From: Felis catus
Taxonomy: Eukaryota
Length of the DNA stretch: 64,000 bases
Direction of reading: 5' to 3'
Assembly: GCF_018350175.1 (NCBI RefSeq)
Contig: NC_058368.1
Location: 6,882,001-6,946,000, forward strand
Shown here: positions 26,945 to 35,389 of the stretch, one piece after another
How positions within the stretch are numbered: position 1 is the stretch's first letter
Layout: each line of letters begins with the position of its first letter
The notes under the pieces: model-generated
Databases searched by the model: none
Seen by the model: the letters and a program-made list of their open reading frames with translations, nothing else
Told to the model about the DNA's origin: nothing
Made by a program: the position numbers and the translations under genes

Positions 26945-27153
26945 TTTTTTTTTTTTTTTTTTAAATTTGAGAGAGAGCGAGCAAGGGAGAGCAGGAGAGG
27001 AACAGAGGAAGAGAGAGTCCCAATCAGGCTTCACACTCAGCGTGGAGCCCAAGGTGGGGCTCCATCCCATGACCCTGGGATCATGACGTGGGCCAAGGTC
27101 AAGAGCCGGACGAGGTCAAGAGTCGGACGCTCAAACTACTGAGCCGCCCAGGC
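26945..27153 (-). mobile_element. CAN-SINE (older subfamily, internal 17-bp duplication)
   Basis: Reverse-complement SINE; AGGTCAAGAGYCGGACG twice. Confidence 0.88.
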
Positions 27154-27509
27154 TCATTTTATCCCTATTATACAGATAAGGAAACCATCGCAGGCAGAAG
27201 TAACTTGTCCAAGGTCACACAACTAAGTAAACAAATGTGGAACCTCCATCAAGGGCAATAATTCAAAATTCTTTTGAATGATATCAGAAAAGAAGAAAAT
27301 TTCAAACCTGAGTAAATAGTTACATAGAATAGCCTGCTAATGAATAAAATGGCAATATCACTAACTTCTACTACATGCTTTTCAAGGAAGAAACGTGCAT
27401 TTACTTTGGACTGTAACTTTCCATGAACAAAACTGGGAACCTAGGCATAACTCGTATTTAACTGTATCTAATTCCACACTCCTTATATTATCTAAAACAG
27501 GATTAGAAG

Positions 27510-28575
27510 CAACCTACTAAATGGGAGAAGTATTTGCAAATCATGTATCTGATAAGGGGCTAATATCCAAGATATATATAGAAAGCACTCATTCACAGAG
27601 TCAATAGCAAAAAAAAAAAAAAAAAAAAATCTGATTTTTAAAATGGGCAGAAGATCTGAACAGACTTTTTTCTTTTTTTTTTTAATTTTTTTTTCAATGT
27701 TTTTATTTATTTTGGGGACAGAGAGAGACAGAGCATGAACGGGGGAGGGGCAGAGAGAGAGGGAGACACAGAATGGGAAACAGGCTCCAGGCTCCGAGCC
27801 ATCAGCCCAGAGCCTGACGCGGGGCTCGAACTCACGGACCGCGAGATCGTGACCTGGCTGAAGTCGGACGCCCAACCGACTGCGCCACCCAGGCGCCCCT
27901 TGAACAGACTTTTTTCAAAAGACATATAGATGGCCAACAGGTCTATGAAAAGATGCTCACCGTTAATCCTCAAAGAAACGCAAATCAAAACCATGATGAG
28001 ATACAAAACCTCATACCTGTTAGAAGGTATCGAAAACACAAGAAGTAAGTGTTGGTGAGAACATGAAAAACAGGAAGCCTTTGTGCACTGCCGATGGGAA
28101 CATAAAATGGTCCGACCACTACGGCAAGCAGAATGGAAGTTCCTCAAAAAAATTAAAAACAGAACTCCCCCATGATCCTGCAATTCCACTTCTGGGTATT
28201 TATCTGAAGAAGAGGAAAGCACTGGCTCAAAAAGGTACAGGCAGCCCTATTTACAAGGGCCAAGACACAGAAGCAACCCAAGTATCCACTGATGGATGCA
28301 TGAATAAAAGAAATGACGGTATATGCATACAATGGAATATTACTCGGCCATCAAAAAGAATGAAATCTTGCCACATGTTACACCATGGATTGATCCGAGG
28401 GCATTATGTTAAGTAAGTCCCACAAAGAAAGACAAATACCATATGAACTCTCATATGTGGAATCTTAAAAACAAAAACAAAAACAAAAAACCCCCCACCT
28501 CATACACCTCACAGACATAAAGAGAACAGACTGGTGGTTGCAGTGGAAGGTGTGGGGGGAGGAAGGTAGTCAAAA
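27510..28575 (+). mobile_element. L1 3' end fragment (ORF2 end and 3' UTR), interrupted by a SINE
   Basis: AAATGGGAGAAGTATTTGCAAATCATGTATCTGATAAGGG; LKTELPHDPAIPLLGIY peptide; L1 3' UTR motifs. Confidence 0.9.
27667..27899 (-). mobile_element. SINEC_Fc-type young felid SINE
   Basis: Diagnostic GCCATCAGCCCAGAG / GACCTGGCTGAAG / GACTGCGCCACC; TSD TGAACAGACTTTTTTC. Confidence 0.95.
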
Positions 28576-28813
28576 AGTAAAAAGAAAAAATTAGTACATA
28601 AAATATGATTAAAGCTTCCAAAATGATAGTATCAATAACTTATAAACTCTCAAAGATCAGAGTATTGAGTTTTAGATCAAAAAGGAAACATGAGAGATAT
28701 TTATTAAAGTGTCTAGTCTCATCCTCTTATTTTACAAATGAGAAAATTCAACTGGAACTTTTGAGAGAGACTTTCCCATATATACAGATCTAAATGTCAA
28801 AATGTGGACGAGA

Positions 28814-29015
28814 GGGGCGCCTGGGTGGCTCAGTCAGTTAAGCGCCCGACTTCGGCTCAGGTTGTGATCTCAGAGTTCCTGAGTTTGAGCCCCGCGTCGG
28901 GCTCTGTGCTGACAGCTCGGAGCCTGGAACCTGCCTCGGATCCTGGGTCTCCCTCTCTCTCTGCCCCTCCCCCGCTCACGTTCTGTCTCTCTCTCAAAAA
29001 AAAAAAAAAAAAAAA
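28814..29015 (+). mobile_element. CAN-SINE
   Basis: Poly-A tail; AAAATGTGGAC flanking duplication. Confidence 0.94.
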
Positions 29016-29765
29016 TGTGGACTAGAATTTACCTTCTGGTCCAACTGTTTTAATATACCATACTTCAGGATACACAACAAAATACTAGATTAAATTTCTG
29101 GAATTAAGCTACTAAAAGAAAATCTGATTTAGACTATAGATTAGACTACCTAAAGCTGAAAAACGGTTTCTGGAAAGGAATTAATGCTAAGTAAACAAAT
29201 AATAATGTCAAATAATCTTTCCTGAGACTGTAAAAGTTTCAGGAGAGCTAGAAGAAATAGGACTTCAGAGCCAGGAAGAAAGAAACGTGCAACAAAATGG
29301 AGGTGCACTTCATCTCTGGGCGCCCCGTCAAAGGCCTGAAATCAAGTAAGACAACAAAGCCACGCCGTGATCAAGTCTGGCTGAAACTGACCACGTGGGT
29401 CATGGTCGGGTAAATCGTTAACCTGCTCTGAGACCCAGTATAAAAAGATCAGCCAGAGAGAGGAGGAAGGTAAGCAAAACTACATGATACAAAAGAGAGT
29501 CTTTATACACATTCCACACACTTGAATACGGTATTTCAAACTATACTTTTAAAGCATATTGGAAGTTTCAAATCCCAATGGTCTTACCTCCGCTTGTGAT
29601 AATAAGTACCTAAGATTAGAATAAACCCACCATCGCTCATAAAATTCTATTTCTACTGGCTATATAACTTTATCCTCTGATGATCAATAAATAACCGGTC
29701 AACAACCTAGTAGCCTATCACCATACCTTACTGGGTTAACAATCTCGCCATATTATCATTTTAAA

Positions 29766-29981
29766 TTTTTTTTTCAACGTTTTTTTATTTATTTTTCAGA
29801 CAGAGAGAGACAGAGCATGAACAGGGGAGGGGCAGAGAGAGAGGGAGACACAGAATCAGAAACAGCCTCCAGGCTCCGAGCCATCAGCCCAGAGCCCGAC
29901 GCGGGGCTCGAACTCACGGACCGCGAGATCGTGACCTGGCTGAAGTCGGACGCTTAACCGACTGCGCCACCCAGGCGCCCC
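29766..29981 (-). mobile_element. SINEC_Fc-type young felid SINE
   Basis: Same diagnostics as 27667-27899; TSD CCATATTATCATTTTAAAT. Confidence 0.95.
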
Positions 29982-30624
29982 CATATTATCATTTTAAATA
30001 TTAAACTCTCCGTGCTTCCCCTGCCACTGTACAAACGTAAAACCTGGCAAGACAATCAGTCATGGGGAAAACTGAAATGTAAAATTTTATCTAGGGTGTG
30101 AGCTCAACCAAGTTCTTTTAAAAACGACAAAATACGCTCTGGCAGGTAAAGGAAGTCATTTTCTTTTCGCTTAAGAGTTTTCACACTCTTTTTTACAGAA
30201 GATTTTCCAAATCTTCCGTAAGGAGAATGAATAATTTTTAATAACGAAAATATATCTTAGCCCAAATCAGAAGACTAGCAGGCTTAGAGAAAACTTTCAT
30301 AATACTTATTCTAAACGTTTTCTCCACTAAGCCTCCTCAAACACGTGCTCAAGCATTCCTTATCAGTATTTAACCATTTACGTGATAAAAAAAAAAAAAA
30401 CCTCCTTATTTTTGAAATTTTTCTAAAATTAAGTTACAATAAAAACAGCAAAAATTAGTAAAACGGCAACCCACTTTGAATGTTCCATAGAAACACTATT
30501 GTATACTAATAAAATATTAGTAAAAATTATTTTAATAAAAGATTTACATCCACCCTATTTCCTGAGAAAAAACAAAGAATTTTATTGTTTAATATAATAC
30601 TGTGAGCACACGAAGACACGATCT

Positions 30625-30626
<2 letters not shown>

Positions 30627-30663
<37 letters not shown>
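30627..30663. repeat. (CA)n microsatellite
   Basis: Directly visible. Confidence 0.95.
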
Positions 30664-30665
<2 letters not shown>

Positions 30666-30861
30666 TGGGGGGGGAGACAATCAACATGTCACAGGGTGTG
30701 AGAATTTCTCCTTCCTTTCCTTTCCTTCTGGAGTGATGACGATAAACTGCGCTGACCATATGTACATCTTAAGTCTTACTGAGTGACCTCGATGAGACTC
30801 GAAACCATAAGAAAAGACAAATAGCCAGCCTCGCCCGTGACTTTCAAGAAGTAGTTTAAAG

Positions 30862-30893
30862 GTTACCATGCGTTACCATGCGTTACCATGCGT
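30862..30893. repeat. Tandem repeat (GTTACCATGC)x3
   Basis: Three perfect 10-bp copies. Confidence 0.95.
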
Positions 30894-31416
30894 CGGGTGC
30901 TGTGCTAGGGACTGGCGTTTAAGAAGTAAACCCGTCAGACCCAACAAGAGCTAACCTGTGGCCTTGGCCTCACGGACACCACATGGTAATGGCTCTCCCT
31001 ACTCCCTGCCCCGTGACTGGGAGTGAGCAAGCAGCCAGGCCGGCGTCACCCCCGGATCCACCACCTTCTACCGGCAACAACTTCTCCTTTATCCAGTGCC
31101 CCTCCCCAGCAATCGCTTCCCAGCCTTGACTTCTACAACCCAAACAGGAAACAATAATGGTCAGCTGATGCTAATATGTACGAGAGAGTCCCCACTACTG
31201 TGCTAAGAGCACCTGCCTCCGTGTAACGGCCAGGACCCATACGATAACTTCCTAGTCCTGTCCTAGGCCACCCAAAACTGCTCCACCAACTTCCACCTCA
31301 ATTTTCAACCCTTTATATGTATCCAGTCACTTTTCCCATCATTTCACAATTATCACATACACGCTATTAGGTAGCTACTCTGCAAAATCTGAAGCCGGCA
31401 AAATAAACGTATCCTA

Positions 31417-31638
31417 TTTTTTTTTTGAAGTCTGAGAAAAAGAGAGAGAGAGCACACACATGCAAACGGGGAAGGGGGAAGAGGCAAGAGAGAGGGAGAG
31501 AGAGAATCCCACCCAAGCAGGCTCCCCACTGTCGGCACAGAACCCAGAGTGGGATTTGAACCCACGCATCGTGAGATCACGACCTGAGCCGAAATCAAGA
31601 GCCAAAGGCTTCACCAACTGAGCCAGCCAGGCACTCCT
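31417..31638 (-). mobile_element. CAN-SINE
   Basis: Reverse-complement SINE. Confidence 0.9.
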
Positions 31639-32486
31639 GAAAATATATTATTTCATGGACAAATAATAACATGAGGTATTTCTAGAGATGTTTGCAAATT
31701 TATTATTCACTGCAATCTAAACGTAATCACTCATTTAAGCCAGGCTATAACACTAACTTAAGAAAAACTGATTTTCACATGTTAGCAGAACAATGGCGAT
31801 CCAGGGTAAGACATATCGAAAAGATTTGTTTTTAACAGCTACTTAATCCAAGGAAGGTATTGCCAATTTGCCCAGAGACCTTACGTCGACAAATGAAAAA
31901 ATTAGGTAAACTTTATTTTCTAGAACAAAATTCCAACTCATCATAAATATCGCCAAAGATGCTGATTCTCTGAGTAGTAAGCATCATTCTCCTGCGGTCC
32001 AACTCCTCTTCCGTCTAACACTCCATACACACCCCCAACCTCATCCATGCCAACCAAACTCACTTCCGCCAGACAAGGGTAGAGAAATGCAGGGCTCTGG
32101 GAAGCTGTTCTATTGTATGCAAAAGTTAGCCCTACACCAAACTGCAGAAATAAATGAGAGTCCTTCCCCGCAAGGCCTTCACAGTCTAATAAAGAGACAA
32201 CAGAAAAATTTTCAGTACAGTAGGATTAATGCCACTGAGATTACAAAAATTCTGTGAAATTATACGAGGGGGAGAGGGTGAGGAGGGACAGGGGCAGGAT
32301 TAGGATAAGGCTACCAGCTTGAGAGACAGGTATGCCCTCACCAGACAAGAGGTGAGAGTGTTCGAAGCTTAGCAAAACAGCACCTACAAAGGCATAAAGG
32401 TAAATATCTTTGCTTTTCTTGACTGTCAATTTTGTAACTCTCAGAAGATGGGTTGCAGTCTTCCCTCAAGAGATTACAGATTACTG

Positions 32487-32712
32487 TGGGGTGCCTGAGC
32501 GGCTCAGTCATCTGAGCGTCCGACTTTGGCTCGGGTCACGATTTCACAGTTCGTGAGTTCGAGCCCCACGTCGGGCTCTGTGCTGACAGCATGGAGTCTG
32601 GAGCCTGCTTCGGATTCTGTGTCTCCCTCTCAGTCTGCCCCTCCCCTGCTCATGCTCTGTCTCTCTCTCTCTCTCTCTCAAAAACAAATAAACATTAAGA
32701 AAAAAAATTTTT
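32487..32712 (+). mobile_element. CAN-SINE
   Basis: AGATTACAGATTACT flanking duplication. Confidence 0.93.
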
Positions 32713-34788
32713 CTTTAAAGATTACAGATTACTTTGAGATATTTAGAATCATTTTGGGAGTGCATCAGAATTTATTCAAATATGAAGACAGACACATCCA
32801 ATTCTAACACTAGTTTTTGGAACAATCTTATTTGACCAGGCACTGATATTTCCCTATTCACCAGTAAGACGCACAAATACATGTATTAAATGCACTTGAG
32901 TGAAAGCCCTAGAAAGAGCTTAAGAGTCTAACATTCTTCGGGTCAGATGGCATGGCTTAGTGTTTGACTTGGCAAACCTCTTCCTCATTCTCCTAATCTA
33001 ATTAAAGCGTATATATTTATTGTTATGGTAACCTGAATATTGTTTGTGTCCCTCAACTAGAATATATACACTATGAAAAGCAGGAACCGCCCTGATCACG
33101 ACTGTTCCCCCCAGCACTCAGCCAGTCTTGGCACTTAGCAGGTGCTAAGCATGTATCTGATATACTTGAGTGAACAAATGGTCAGTAAAAAGGAAACACG
33201 TCGCTCCTGAAGCAATAGACTCTGACAGTGAACTATGACCAGACAATCTGTATAGCTCAGCAATCTGGCAAGATTATCACTTTCAAAGACTTAATTATCA
33301 CATTCCTTCTGAAACAAGATAATTGGCACACCTAAAAATAATGAATCCAAAAGATCCTGGGGAATCGTTTTAATCTAGTCCCTTTAACATCACTGCTTTC
33401 CTAAACTGTATATTTATGAGAAAGAACAAACATCCATTTGGGGAAATGGATTCTTCAACGGTTCACTCTTCAATGATTTAATACTGTGCGATTTTAATCC
33501 CACCTGACTTCAGCCATTTTTTGTGCTGTTTCCCAGCGCGCAGTATAGATTCTGCTTCTAAAGCATCTTTCCAATCTGATTCGCGGCTCCTTATAGAAAG
33601 GCATATACAATGTACTACTCTTAAGCCGAAGATTGCTTGGGGAGCTCCTGTATGCGATCAGGTGCACAAAAAGGGCCCGCAAGACACAAAACAGAAGGAA
33701 AGATTTCAGGAGTCGTTAATAACACAATCACTAGGCCCACGTTGCAAAGAGTAACTTTCTTTCCGTGAGGGCTCCCAATTATGATCCCTAGATGGTGGCT
33801 CATGTGCAGCTAATGGAACGAATTTGCCCCATCGCGTGGAAAACTGTGGCCCTTCTGGCCAATCACAAAAACAAGATTCAAACGCCCCCACGTTTTGCTT
33901 TAATGAATTCGGGACTTTGCAACAGGCATTAGCACTTGTCCCTTAAAGTCTATTTCAAAGCCCCCAACGAAACCCCAACAACGAGCCTGTACAGAAATAC
34001 TTCCAGCCACACGCAGATGGGTCTGGTGTTATTAAAGTAAACAATCGACGGGAGAGCTTAAGCTGTTTTCAAGATTAACGTGGATTCGCAAAGACGAGAC
34101 TGCCACCTGGACACATGGCTGGAAAACGGAGAGCTCGTTGCTCAGCAAGAGCAGAAAATAGGAAAATTTTCAACAGCACTTATTTAAAGTTTCCACCTTC
34201 ACACACACCCCCTTCCCCTTCAGCACCGGGTGGGGGCCTCGGCCTCGCCAGAGGCGCGGGGAGGAAATCTGCACTTGACTTCCGTCCTCTCCCGGCAGGA
34301 ATGAGACCCTGCCTTCCTGCCCCGCGGACCCCCCACCCCCGCCCGGGGCCACCTTCCCCGCTCCGCGCACCGCCAGACGGAAACGGAGAGGCGTCCTTCC
34401 ACCTCCGACCGCGGCCGGGGGCCGCGCGCCCACAGCCCGGGGTGCGCCTCGCCGCTCCGCCCCGGCGCCGCGGGAAGACTTGAGCAGTTGAGCCCGGGGG
34501 CGCCGACGACCGGTGCCCGCGCCCCGCCACGTCCGGCACGGTCGCCCCCGCGCCGGCCACCCTCGCGCCGCCCCGGCTCGCCGGGCGCCTCCCCGCTTCC
34601 CGGGGGCAGCTGAGCCCCCGCGCTCCCCGCCCGCCGCCGTCCAACCGCCCCCGCCCGGGCCGCGGGCCCCCGGCCCCCGCGCTAGGCCCCGCGGGCCGCC
34701 CGGGCGAGGGGCGGGAGACAAGGGCCGCGGCCGCCCGCCCGCCCGCGGGGCTCCCGGGCCGCCCCCGCCGCCCTCCCGCCGCACCTAC

Positions 34789-34836
34789 CATGGTACAGAT
34801 GGAGGCGAATTTGGAGACTGTCATTAGGATTTCCAT
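34789..34836 (-). CDS. USP12: Ubiquitin carboxyl-terminal hydrolase 12, coding part of exon 1 (MEILMTVSKFASICTM; partial CDS, phase-0 intron follows)
   Basis: The 16-codon peptide matches the USP12 N-terminus as I recall it. It is followed immediately by a canonical ATG|GTAGGT donor and lies inside a CpG island. Confidence 0.96.
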
Positions 34837-34850
34837 CCGCCCAACGCCAT
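34824..34850 (-). promoter_or_regulatory. Overlapping upstream ORF MALGGWKS* in USP12 5' UTR
   Basis: ATG GCG TTG GGC GGA TGG AAA TCC TAA (TGA); context AAGATGG; out of frame with the main ATG 14 nt downstream. Translation is not demonstrated. Confidence 0.6.
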
Positions 34851-35070
34851 CTTCCACCCAATCACGGCGGCGGCGGGCGGGGGAGGAGAGGAGCCGGGCC
34901 GCCCGCTTGCACCGCAGCCCGCGGGCGGACCCCCAGCCGCCGAGGACCCACGCACCGAGCCTGCTCTGCCGCCGCTGCCGTCGTCGCCGCCGGCGCTCCG
35001 GCACTCCCCGCCTCGGGCCCCAGTCCCCGCCCGCCCGCCCCGGCGCAGGGCGCAGCCGCTGCCTCGGGGC
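34837..35070 (-). other. USP12: USP12 exon 1 5' UTR (TSS approximate)
   Basis: GC-rich leader with (GGC)-like runs between the start codon and the GC-box array; the exact TSS cannot be read from sequence. Confidence 0.55.
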
Positions 35071-35183
35071 CCGCGCCTGCCCGCGAAGCCTCCCGCCGTA
35101 CACCCCGCCCTGCGCGCTGGGGAGCCTGCTCCGCGGCGGCCCTAATGCCCGGCCAGTCCGACAGCTGCGCGGCCCAGCGGCGC

Positions 35184-35389
35184 GCCCCGCCCTCCCGCCG
35201 CGCGCTCCGACCGCCCCGCGCGGCCCCGCCCTCCCGCCGCGCGCTCCGACCGCCCCGCGCGGCCCCGCCCTCCCGCCGCGCGCTCCGACCGCCCCGCGCG
35301 GCCCCGCCCTCCCGCCGCGCGCTCCGACCGCCCCGCCCTCCCGCCGTGCGCTCCGACCGCCCCGCGCGGCCCCGCCCACCCCGCCGCGC
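35184..35389. repeat. 39-bp GC-rich tandem repeat in USP12 promoter (~5.3 units)
   Basis: Unit GCCCCGCCCTCCCGCCGCGCGCTCCGACCGCCCCGCGCG: three perfect copies (35184-35300), one 29-bp truncated copy, one copy with a single substitution, one partial copy. Confidence 0.95.

Larger units (their letters stand above)
1..34788 (-). other. USP12: USP12 intron 1 (partial; continues beyond window start)
   Basis: Begins with GTAGGT donor at 34788 on the minus strand. I saw no sequence encoding the expected exon 2 peptide (GANASALEKEIGPEQ...) in 1-34788. Confidence 0.85.

Noticed and set aside
34851..34900. Viral-type TURBS element upstream of the TAATG overlap
   Set aside because: Only TGGGT, TGGGC and TGGAA are present, with no exact TGGGA core, so classical TURBS-dependent reinitiation is not supported by the sequence.
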